41,309 nucleotides of DNA from an uncultured Pseudomonadales bacterium. GTDB lineage: Bacteria; Patescibacteriota; Microgenomatia; UBA1400; CG1-02-47-37. The translations under genes were made by a program, and so were the position numbers. Shown here piece by piece: positions 27,321-36,095 of the stretch; position 1 is the first letter of the stretch, and every line of letters begins with the position of its first letter. The notes beneath the pieces were generated by a model. The model had not been told where the DNA came from. It did no database searches and saw only the letters and a program-made list of their open reading frames with translations. The stretch is taken from the NCBI GenBank assembly GCA_964361885.1, contig CAYICL010000004.1:4116-45424 (forward strand). Direction: 5' to 3'.

Positions 27321-28504
27321 CCAGCCGCCGTTTTTTTATTATTGCTTTTTTATTATTCTTAATCAGCCGGATTTATATTTTAAAATTCCCTCCGCCTTTT
27401 TATTCTGATGTTTTTCATGACTACCGCCGTTATGCTGAAATGTGGCAGAGCGGTATCATTCCTTATTTTAAGCATCTCTATGAATACCCGCCGGCTACGA
27501 TTCCCTTACTTTATCTACCCCAGGTGCTTAATCGCATGAATATCGGCCATTACTATGAAAACTATCGCCTCCAAATATTTTTCTTAGACACCTTAATCTT
27601 TATTTTTATTCTTAAGACAATCAGTCAACTCCGGGTTAAAACTTTATCAAAATATTTAGCCTTAGGTTTTTATCTGATTGGTTCAATGATTGCCAAAGAC
27701 TTTTTTTACGAGGGGATTGACTTGGTTTTTACCGGCAGTTTGGCTTTAACCCTGATTTTTTTCAATCGCCGGCTCCTTTTTTGGTTTTTATTTTGGTTAT
27801 CAACCTCGCTTAAATTATTAACTGCCCCTTTGGCGGCGCCTTACTTTTTTATGAAAAAATTATCCTTTTTTAAGGAATTAAAAACCGCCATTTTAGGTTT
27901 CCTTTTGGTCTGGGGTTTGCCTTTAGTAATTTTCCGCTCTTCCCTGTCGGTCATGTTTTTCTTCCACAATCAACGGGGATTAAAATACGCTTCTTTCCCT
28001 TCGTTTATTGTCGAAACTATAAATTATTTTACCCAGACGGAAGTTAGACTAAATCTGCCCCCTGATTTTCAATTAACAGGACCTGTTTCTGACGTGGCTA
28101 CCAAGATAGTCGGTATTGTTTTTCCACTTAGTATTTTAATGGTGATTGGTTACGCTTTGTATATTATTTTTATCAGGAAAAATTATAATAATTACATCTT
28201 TAGTCTTAAGCTGGCTTTGATTTATATTTTTACTATTTTTCTAACCGCCAAAATCTTTTCCCAGCCTTTCCACATTTGGTTTCTGCCTTTGATTGCTCTT
28301 TTTCCTTTCCAGTCAATAAAAAAGCAGTTAATCTTTATGCTTCTGGGAATTTGGCTATTAATTATCGATACCACTCCTTGGATTAGAGTCAACGAATCTT
28401 TGATGATTCTTAATCCGCTGCCCTTGAAGTTTTTTACCTATTCTTTGCGTTTTTTACCAATGTTTATTCTTTTAGGTTTATCTTATAAACTGCCCAACAA
28501 ATGA
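27317..28504 (+). CDS. GT-C membrane protein (GT87-like)
   Basis: YSDV..DY..Y..IPY....EYPP, a D after the TM block, SLK and KIFSQPFHIW, in a highly hydrophobic protein. Confidence 0.6.
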   Translation: MTSRRFFIIAFLLFLISRIYILKFPPPFYSDVFHDYRRYAEMWQSGIIPYFKHLYEYPPATIPLLYLPQVLNRMNIGHYYENYRLQIFFLDTLIFIFILKTISQLRVKTLSKYLALGFYLIGSMIAKDFFYEGIDLVFTGSLALTLIFFNRRLLFWFLFWLSTSLKLLTAPLAAPYFFMKKLSFFKELKTAILGFLLVWGLPLVIFRSSLSVMFFFHNQRGLKYASFPSFIVETINYFTQTEVRLNLPPDFQLTGPVSDVATKIVGIVFPLSILMVIGYALYIIFIRKNYNNYIFSLKLALIYIFTIFLTAKIFSQPFHIWFLPLIALFPFQSIKKQLIFMLLGIWLLIIDTTPWIRVNESLMILNPLPLKFFTYSLRFLPMFILLGLSYKLPNK

Positions 28505-29997
28505 CTAAACGTCTATCTTTAATCATTCTCGGGATAATTTTATTCCTGGCGGCCTTTTTACGCTTTTATCGAATAAGTTCCAATCCGCCCTCTCTTTACT
28601 GGGAAGAAGCCGCTTTGGGCTACGACGCTTACTCAATTTTAAAAACCGGCAAAGACTGGCATGGTAATTCCTGGCCCTTAGTGGCTTTTGAATCATTTGG
28701 CGACTACAAACCCAGCCTTTATTTTTATGCCGCTGTTCCCAGTATCGCTTTATTCGGCTTAAATGAATTTGCGGTCCGTTTTCCGTCTGCCTTTTTCGGA
28801 ACATTAACGGTTTTATTAGTTTATTTTTTAATTAAAGAGCGGCGAGTGGCTTTAGTTGCCGCCTTGCTACTAGCGATTTCTCCGTGGCATCTGCAGTTTT
28901 CCCGGGCTGGCTTTGAAGCTAATTTAGGTTTATTTTTTACCTGTTTAGGAGCTTGGCTGCTGTTCAAAATCCTAGAGAAACCAAAATATTCAGCGCTTTT
29001 CCTGTCCGCCTCTGGCGGAAGTTTTGCCGCTTCAATGTATGCTTATCATGCTAACCGGGTATTTATACCTTTATTTTTAATTACCCTGCTGCTTATTTAC
29101 AGACAAAGAAAAATTTTTTTGACAGGCCTGTTGGTGGCCTTACTAGCCTTGCCGATTTTTCTTAAGCTTAATTCTCCGGAGATTAAACAGCGTTTTGCCG
29201 AAACCAGCGCTTTTGCTACCCTTGACCCGATTATCAAATCCAATCAGTTGATTCAAGCCGATGGCGGGGGAATAATCGCTCGGCTGATTCATCATCGTTT
29301 CTGGCAGTACGCGGACATTTTCTTCAAATCTTATTCCAGTCATTTTAACTTTAACTATTTATTTTTATCCGGCGACACCAATCCCCGCCACTCGATTCAG
29401 ACGGTTGGCTGTCTATATTTAATTCAACTGCCTTTTTTAATTTATGGCATCCTCATCGCTCTTAAAAGACGACAACCGCAGGATTTAAGTTTATTGGCGT
29501 GGTTATTGTTGGCACCTGTGCCTGCCGGCTTAACCTTAGCCACCCCTCATGCTTTAAGAAGCTTGCCCATGCTTATTCCTTTAACTATTTTTACGGCTTT
29601 AGGTGTAGTTCGTTTCCGGCGTTTATTTATTTTTTTGGTTTCTTTAATTTTATTGGTTGAAACAAGCCGTTATTTGTTTATTTATCATTACCGTTATCCC
29701 TTCCAATTTGCTTCTTTCTGGCAGTCTGGATACAAAGAAATGGTTGAGTATGTGGCTGCCAATCAGGATAAATACAGTAACATTTATATCACTCGAAGCT
29801 TAGGCAGGCCTTCAATTTATTACTGGTTTTACACCCAAACTGATCCGAAATCAGTCCAGGCTCTCAATCAGACAGTTAACAAAGATCAGGGTGAATATTT
29901 GGAATTTGGCAAGATTAAATTTCAGGATAATAACTATTTGCCGAACAGCTTGATTGTTTCCTATGAATCCGGGAGATTTAAGTTTTATGAAAACTAA
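28501..29997 (+). CDS. GT-C membrane glycosyltransferase, subfamily A
   Basis: LYWEEAALGYDAYSILKTGKD, FESFGDYKP, GLNEFAVRFPSA, SPWHLQFSRAGFEAN and GDTNPRH. Confidence 0.8.
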   Translation: MTKRLSLIILGIILFLAAFLRFYRISSNPPSLYWEEAALGYDAYSILKTGKDWHGNSWPLVAFESFGDYKPSLYFYAAVPSIALFGLNEFAVRFPSAFFGTLTVLLVYFLIKERRVALVAALLLAISPWHLQFSRAGFEANLGLFFTCLGAWLLFKILEKPKYSALFLSASGGSFAASMYAYHANRVFIPLFLITLLLIYRQRKIFLTGLLVALLALPIFLKLNSPEIKQRFAETSAFATLDPIIKSNQLIQADGGGIIARLIHHRFWQYADIFFKSYSSHFNFNYLFLSGDTNPRHSIQTVGCLYLIQLPFLIYGILIALKRRQPQDLSLLAWLLLAPVPAGLTLATPHALRSLPMLIPLTIFTALGVVRFRRLFIFLVSLILLVETSRYLFIYHYRYPFQFASFWQSGYKEMVEYVAANQDKYSNIYITRSLGRPSIYYWFYTQTDPKSVQALNQTVNKDQGEYLEFGKIKFQDNNYLPNSLIVSYESGRFKFYEN

Positions 29998-31657
29998 ACA
30001 TGGTTTGAGTTTGTTGATTTTTGTTAGTTTAACGGTTTTTGTCACTTGGCCATTAATTTTACATCCGGTCAGTTTGACAGTGGCGGCCAAGGATGAATTT
30101 CATTTAAGTTATTTAATGAACTGGAATATTTACAGTTTCACTCCTAAGCTAAACAATATTTTTCAAGTTCCCTTCTTTCATCCACTGAAAGACACCCTAG
30201 CTTTTTCCGACCCTTTATTTACTAGTTCATTTTTAGCCTTACCTTTAGTTAAGATTTTTCAACAGCCGTTTCTAGCTTATAGTTTTAATGTGTTTCTTGC
30301 CTTTATTTTGAATGGTTTTTTTACTTATCTAGCGGTTTACCAGTTGTCCAAAAACTGGTCGGCGGGTTTAATCAGTGGGATTTTATTTTCTTTTTCCGTT
30401 GGCCGGATTGACACTTTGGAACATTTGCAGGTTTTAATAATGTATTGGCTGCCGTTAGGAATTTATTGCTTCTTAAAATTTACCAGTTCCCGCAAAAATT
30501 ATTGGGCATTGTTGTTAGTGATTTGTTGGTTGCTGCAAATCTTCAATACGGTCTTCTTGGGGTACGTTTATATTTTTGCTTTAAGCATTTTTACTTTAAT
30601 TTATTTCTGGCAAAAACAAATTACTAAAAAAATGCTTTTGGTTTTAATTAAATATTTTATTTTAGCCTTAGTTATAGTGGCAATTATTTTTCAACCTTAT
30701 TTCCGGGTTGCCAGGACTTGGCAAGCCGGTCGTTCCATAAATGATGTTTTTGCCGGCTCATCTTATTTTCTGGAATATTTTTATCCGACGCAAAATTCCC
30801 GTTTGGCTGATCTGGCCGAAAAAATTATTATTAAACATCCTTGGCCTTCCTATTTAGGCGCGATTGTTTCAATTTTGGGATTATTAACTATTGTTAAATT
30901 ATGGCGCCTACCGCAAGCTTGGGCGCCCCTCAGTATTTTTTTCACCGGATTAGTAATGAGTTTTGGGCCTTATTTTCAACTCATCAAGCAAAAATTATCT
31001 CTACCCCTGCCTTTACCTTACTGGTTTGCCTATTACCTTATTCCTGGTTTTAAAAGCATGCGGACACCGCAACGTTGGTCACATTTAGCTTTATTAGGTT
31101 TAGCCTTATTAATAGGTTTGGGCTTGAGCCGCTGGTTTAAAAAACTAAAACCAAAATTGGTTGCTTTATTGTCAGTCTTCATTATTACTTTAGTAATTGG
31201 GGAGATCCGCTTGCCGTTATTTACTAAAGCAGTTCCGACTAAATCAGAAATTCCTCCGGTTTATCACTGGTTATTGCGGCAGCCGGGACAAGTAGTTCTG
31301 GAGTTGCCGATTCAAACTTGGGTAATGCCTTTAAGCGGTTTGGAAATTACCCGTCTGCATTATCATTCGTTTTTATTAGCAGCCAATCACACTTTTATTA
31401 ACGGTTACTCCAGTTTTGAGCCACCGGCCTATACTAAAGAAATTTCTATTTTCCGGACCCTTCTTCCTGATGAAGCGATTAATTGGTTAAAAATCCAGAA
31501 AATTAATTTACTGATTGTCCATAAAATGGAAATGCAGGAACTCTATCAGAAAGACCAAGAAGCCTTGCCTTTAAAGTTAACTCTTGAAACAATAGAGACC
31601 AAAGGGTGCTTTATTAGAGTTTATGATGATGAAGATACATCAGTTTATCAAATCTGA
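29987..31657 (+). CDS. Multi-TM membrane protein, probable GT-C
   Basis: First-loop KDE followed by FFHP...LAFSD, HLQ, YLG, PGFKSMRTPQRW and a C-terminal PPVYHWL..VLELP..INGYS domain. Start set at the ATG at 29987. Confidence 0.6.
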   Translation: MKTKHGLSLLIFVSLTVFVTWPLILHPVSLTVAAKDEFHLSYLMNWNIYSFTPKLNNIFQVPFFHPLKDTLAFSDPLFTSSFLALPLVKIFQQPFLAYSFNVFLAFILNGFFTYLAVYQLSKNWSAGLISGILFSFSVGRIDTLEHLQVLIMYWLPLGIYCFLKFTSSRKNYWALLLVICWLLQIFNTVFLGYVYIFALSIFTLIYFWQKQITKKMLLVLIKYFILALVIVAIIFQPYFRVARTWQAGRSINDVFAGSSYFLEYFYPTQNSRLADLAEKIIIKHPWPSYLGAIVSILGLLTIVKLWRLPQAWAPLSIFFTGLVMSFGPYFQLIKQKLSLPLPLPYWFAYYLIPGFKSMRTPQRWSHLALLGLALLIGLGLSRWFKKLKPKLVALLSVFIITLVIGEIRLPLFTKAVPTKSEIPPVYHWLLRQPGQVVLELPIQTWVMPLSGLEITRLHYHSFLLAANHTFINGYSSFEPPAYTKEISIFRTLLPDEAINWLKIQKINLLIVHKMEMQELYQKDQEALPLKLTLETIETKGCFIRVYDDEDTSVYQI

Positions 31658-33221
31658 AAAGTTTTGGCTGGGACTAATCTTTATTTTTGGATTAATCCTG
31701 CGGTTTTATCAGCTGGGCCAAGTGCCTTCAGGTTTTGTTAACGATGAAGCCGCTTTTGGTTATAATGCTTACTCTTTAATCAAAACCGGCAAAGATGAGT
31801 TTGGTAAAAGCTGGCCGTTAGTCTTTAGATCTTTTGGCGAAGGCAAAATGCCGGTCTATTTTTACTTGACTATTCCTTCAATTTTACTGTTTGGTTTAAA
31901 CGAGTTTAGCGTCCGCCTGCCTTCAGCTCTTTTTGGCAGTTTAACTGTTTTACTCACCTTTTTTTTGGTTAAAGAAATATCCAAATCTAAAAGCCGGACG
32001 TGGCCGTTATTCAGCGCTTTAATTTTAGCCGCCATGCCTTGGCACATTCACTTTTCCCGGGCTGCTTTTGAGGCTAATGTCAGTCTGTTTTTTATTACTT
32101 TAGGCACCTGGTTATGGCTGATCAAACATTGGCAGTTAAGTTTATTAAGTTTTATTTTGGCGGTATTTACCTATAGCGCCGCCATAATTTTTGTGCCTCT
32201 TTGGTTGCTTTATCTTTTTCTAACTGGAAAAAACCGGCAAAAAATAATTTTAATTTTCTTTCCGCTTTGGTTATTTTTATTGTTTCTTCAATCAGGAACT
32301 AGCCGTTTTAAAGGTATTAGTATTTTTAATGCCCAATCCGGTGTCGCCCAGCGGCTAGAGGAAAAATATCGTGAAACGAGAGATCAGCCGCTTTGGCTTA
32401 CTAGAGCTTTACATAACAAGCCGGTTGAATTTACTTTTGATTTTATTAAACGTTATGCCTCTCATTTTAATCCGGATTTCTTGTTTTTTTCCGGCGATCC
32501 CAATCGGCCGCGCTACCGGTCGCCGGATTCAGGCCAACTATTATGGTTTAGTCTGCCGTTTTTAGTGGTTGGTTTGTATTTAATAGCTAAAAAACGCCAC
32601 TGGCCGATTTTAGTTTGGTTGCTGTTAGCGCCACTGTCGGCGGCGATTACTTTCGAAACTCCCAGCGCCGTTCGGGCGATTCTGATGATTGTGCCTTTAT
32701 CTGTGGCGACTGCCTTGGGGATATTGGTGGTCCTAAAACGCTTCCCTTGGCTTTCTTTCCCATTATTTTTAATTTTTAGCTTTAATTTTATTGCTTATTT
32801 GGATGCCTATTTTATCCACGCACCGGTGCATCAACCTTATGAATGGCAGGGTGGTTATAAACAGCTGGTGAAGCGGATTAACGAGCTAATGCCGCAATAC
32901 GATAAGGCCCTGATTACCGATTCCCGTGGCACGGCTTATATTTATTTCCTCTTCTATAACCAGTACGATCCGGCTAAATGGCAGCAACAATCGCGCGGAG
33001 CAATAACGCAAGCGGACAAATTCGGTTTTTCGACGATCGACCATTTGGACAATTTATACTTCGTTGGCGAAACCTGCCCGGCAAAAATTCCCGAAGACAG
33101 GGTGTTATACGTTTGCACCGAGGAGAATCACCCTAAGGCCGGTTTTACCCAGTTTAAAGACACGATTGACTTTGATGACGGCCAGCCCGCCTTTATTCTG
33201 TTTGAAAAATCTCCGGATTAG
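31623..33221 (+). CDS. GT-C membrane glycosyltransferase, subfamily A
   Basis: FVNDEAAFGYNAYSLIKTGKDEFG, FRSFGEGKMP, GLNEFSVRLPSA and PWHIHFSRAAFEAN. Confidence 0.8.
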   Translation: MMMKIHQFIKSEKFWLGLIFIFGLILRFYQLGQVPSGFVNDEAAFGYNAYSLIKTGKDEFGKSWPLVFRSFGEGKMPVYFYLTIPSILLFGLNEFSVRLPSALFGSLTVLLTFFLVKEISKSKSRTWPLFSALILAAMPWHIHFSRAAFEANVSLFFITLGTWLWLIKHWQLSLLSFILAVFTYSAAIIFVPLWLLYLFLTGKNRQKIILIFFPLWLFLLFLQSGTSRFKGISIFNAQSGVAQRLEEKYRETRDQPLWLTRALHNKPVEFTFDFIKRYASHFNPDFLFFSGDPNRPRYRSPDSGQLLWFSLPFLVVGLYLIAKKRHWPILVWLLLAPLSAAITFETPSAVRAILMIVPLSVATALGILVVLKRFPWLSFPLFLIFSFNFIAYLDAYFIHAPVHQPYEWQGGYKQLVKRINELMPQYDKALITDSRGTAYIYFLFYNQYDPAKWQQQSRGAITQADKFGFSTIDHLDNLYFVGETCPAKIPEDRVLYVCTEENHPKAGFTQFKDTIDFDDGQPAFILFEKSPD

Positions 33222-34681
33222 GGCTTTACTTCCCAAACTTCCAGTTCCGGGCCGAACTCTTTCCGACTGACAAGTTCCCGGTAATTAATTTCTTTAAGCC
33301 AGCGGTCAAGCGGATAATGCCATTTATTTTCCGGCTTTTCGATTATTAAGAATATTTTTCCTACTGGCTCCTCGGAGCCTTGGCGAAGTGGAGTCAGCAA
33401 CAATTTTAATAAATCCGGTTTTTCCTGCACATAGCTGATCTCTCCTGGTTTATAGCTGAATTCCACCGGCAAAGGTCTGCCTTTAAATCCCTGCCAGAAA
33501 TATAAATATTGGTAAGCATAATCATAAATATTGGGTAAATACTGGTAAGATTTGAACGGTTTGCCCTGGGCTTGGTCGTAAATATAATCTAAAGCTTCAA
33601 GTTTAATTGGCAAAAAACCCGCTTTGGTTTGGATTTTTGGCCAGCCATGGAAAAGCGGATTTATCAGCATCAAGCCTAGGTAAGTATAAACAATTATTTT
33701 AGGGCTGGATTTTAATATCTGACCAGTAGCTACAACCGCCACCGGCAATAAACCATACACATACCAGACATTGTAATGAAGCCACCAGAATCCGATTATC
33801 GGGATTAAGATCATTAAGCTAATCTCCGGCCAAAAGGCCCAATGCTTTTTCTTTAATATTAAATAAATGATTCCGGTCAATAATAAAACTAAGCTCAAGT
33901 TTTTTAACCAAGTTATATCCGGCAGTACGGCTAAGCCTAATTCATGAATAATCGAATCAGTCACCAGTTTAATTTTCCCTGGAGTAATCTGTTGACTTTC
34001 ACCCCGGCTGAAATATTCTATTAATGACCGGGTTTGCAGCCAGTTGTTTTTTACTTCAAATAACAACTGGGGAACAAAAGTTACGATAAAGGCTCCCAGA
34101 CTCAAACTGACTGACTTTAGCTTTAGCTTAATTTTTTTTAAGCTTAAAATTAGAGGAATAATTAAAAGATAAAAAATTGATAAAGCTGAGGAAAAGTGAA
34201 ATCCAAGCCCTGCCAAAAAACCTAAAATTACTAAATTTTTTGCCGGATTTTTTAAAGCAATTAATATTAATAATCCGATTAAAACCATCGGGAACGGATT
34301 AGCCGCTCCGGTTGCCAGCATTATAAACGCCGGTGCGGTGGCAAAGATAACTGCCTCATATATGCCAAAATATTTCCAGGCCAGCCAAACCTCTATTAAA
34401 CTTAATCCCAACATGGTTATGACCGCAGCCAGGGGATTACCGCCAGAAAAAAAATAAGCCGGCGCCAGCAAATAATACCAGCCAGGCCCGAAAAATAATC
34501 CTTGAATACTGGTCCATGGCCCGATGAATTTTAATGAATAAGTTTTAATTAAATGTAAAACCGCGATTGAATCCCGGCCATGATCAAAACTAAAAGGGAT
34601 ATTATTACCGATTAAATAGGGGACTCTGGTTAAGAAAGCCAGTAAGAGTAATCCAATCAATAATTTTTTGCCTGTTTTCAT
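33218..34681 (-). CDS. GT-C membrane glycosyltransferase (D[QH]GRD subfamily)
   Basis: FSFDHGRD...IGPWTS..LFFGPGWYYLLAP, PQLLFE and many TMs. Confidence 0.72.
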   Translation of the reverse strand: MKTGKKLLIGLLLLAFLTRVPYLIGNNIPFSFDHGRDSIAVLHLIKTYSLKFIGPWTSIQGLFFGPGWYYLLAPAYFFSGGNPLAAVITMLGLSLIEVWLAWKYFGIYEAVIFATAPAFIMLATGAANPFPMVLIGLLILIALKNPAKNLVILGFLAGLGFHFSSALSIFYLLIIPLILSLKKIKLKLKSVSLSLGAFIVTFVPQLLFEVKNNWLQTRSLIEYFSRGESQQITPGKIKLVTDSIIHELGLAVLPDITWLKNLSLVLLLTGIIYLILKKKHWAFWPEISLMILIPIIGFWWLHYNVWYVYGLLPVAVVATGQILKSSPKIIVYTYLGLMLINPLFHGWPKIQTKAGFLPIKLEALDYIYDQAQGKPFKSYQYLPNIYDYAYQYLYFWQGFKGRPLPVEFSYKPGEISYVQEKPDLLKLLLTPLRQGSEEPVGKIFLIIEKPENKWHYPLDRWLKEINYRELVSRKEFGPELEVWEVKP

Positions 34682-34687
34682 GATAAC

Positions 34688-34695
34688 ATTATAAT
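34688..34695. promoter_or_regulatory. Bidirectional -10 element between divergent genes
   Basis: Palindromic ATTATAAT gives TATAAT on + (34690-34695, 8 nt before the ATG at 34704) and on - (34688-34693, 6 nt before the ATG at 34681) in a 22 nt gap. Confidence 0.6.
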
Positions 34696-34703
34696 ATAGT
34701 CAG

Positions 34704-36095
34704 ATGAAGAAAAAATTACTGACAATTTTTTTAGTCGGTTTAGGCTTAATCGGTTTATTGGTCAGATTTTGGCAGTTTGGCCGGATTCCATTGAGTCTTT
34801 ATTGGGATGAGGTGGCCATTGGTTTAGACGCCCGTTCTTTATTGGAAACAGGTAAAGACCTGAATGGTAAATCTTGGCTCCAACCGTTGTTTTTTTCTTA
34901 TGGTGACTACAAAGCTCCGGTTTACATTTGGCTGGTGACTTTACTGGGCAGATTTTTATCTGTTTCCGAATCAACTGTTCGCCTGCCTTCACTGCTGGCC
35001 TTTCTTGGTACTGCCTGGGTTTTGTTTCAATTAATTAAAATACTCAGCCCCAAGAAATCACTTCTGCCTGTTTTTACCCTTATTAGTTTGCTTATCATGC
35101 CATGGAGTTTTCATTTCAGCCGGATTGGCATGGAGTCGCATTTATCCCTTTTTTGGCTGACGCTAACAGTTTATTTAACTATCGCTAGCGCTAAGAAAAA
35201 CCAACCCTTGCAAATTATTTTTGCTTCCATAGCCACGGTGGCCGGAATTTATAGTTATGTCAGTCTCCGTTTTCTGGCTCCGGCTTTACTGGTTATTAGT
35301 TTTTTTCTTTATCACCGCTTAAAATTCAAGCAACACCTGCCTTATTTTTTGACCGGCTTGACCATTATTCTTGCCGGTTTATTTATTCTTGCCAAATCAC
35401 CTTATTATGCCGCCAGCCAACAATATCGCCTTTCGAATGATAATTTAATTAACTCGACGATTTATTTAACTAAACCGGCCAAAGCCAAACAGTTTTTAAT
35501 TAATTATTCTGCTTATTTTGATCCTAAATTTTTATTATTATCCGGCGATCCTAACTTGCGTCACCATTCCGGTTTTGGCGGTGAACTGTTATTAATTCAG
35601 GGAATTTTTCTGACTGCCGGTTTGGTGGCTTTGCTTAATTATCAACGTACCGAAACTTGGCTGGTTTTATCCTGGCTTTTCTTAAGTCCGGCAGTTGCCG
35701 CCTTAGTTAACGAAACTCCTCATGCCTCCCGGGCTATTTATATGATGATCCCCCTGGCTTGGTTGATTGGTTTAGGGTTGACTCGGTTCAAACCAATCAT
35801 TAGTTTGGCTTTAGTTTTTGCCTTAAGCTTAAACTTATTTATTTATCTGCATAATTATTTTATTCACTATCCGTCTCAATCAGCTTTAAGCTGGATAATG
35901 CCATATAAACAAGCCGCTTTGTATTTTAAAGATAATCCTCCCCAACAACCGGTCTACATCAGCAACCAGTTTTACCGGCCGGAACTTTACTTTGCCTTTT
36001 ATTTAAACGATTTAAACTTATTTAAGCCAAACCAGAAATTTTATTATTATTTGCCGGATATCTGTCCGGAATCATCCATCTGTGTCCAAAAATAA
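34704..36095 (+). CDS. GT-C membrane glycosyltransferase, subfamily A
   Basis: LYWDEVAIGLDA..ETGKD, SYGDYKAP, VRLPS, PWSFHFSRIGMES and GDPNLRH. Confidence 0.8.
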   Translation: MKKKLLTIFLVGLGLIGLLVRFWQFGRIPLSLYWDEVAIGLDARSLLETGKDLNGKSWLQPLFFSYGDYKAPVYIWLVTLLGRFLSVSESTVRLPSLLAFLGTAWVLFQLIKILSPKKSLLPVFTLISLLIMPWSFHFSRIGMESHLSLFWLTLTVYLTIASAKKNQPLQIIFASIATVAGIYSYVSLRFLAPALLVISFFLYHRLKFKQHLPYFLTGLTIILAGLFILAKSPYYAASQQYRLSNDNLINSTIYLTKPAKAKQFLINYSAYFDPKFLLLSGDPNLRHHSGFGGELLLIQGIFLTAGLVALLNYQRTETWLVLSWLFLSPAVAALVNETPHASRAIYMMIPLAWLIGLGLTRFKPIISLALVFALSLNLFIYLHNYFIHYPSQSALSWIMPYKQAALYFKDNPPQQPVYISNQFYRPELYFAFYLNDLNLFKPNQKFYYYLPDICPESSICVQK

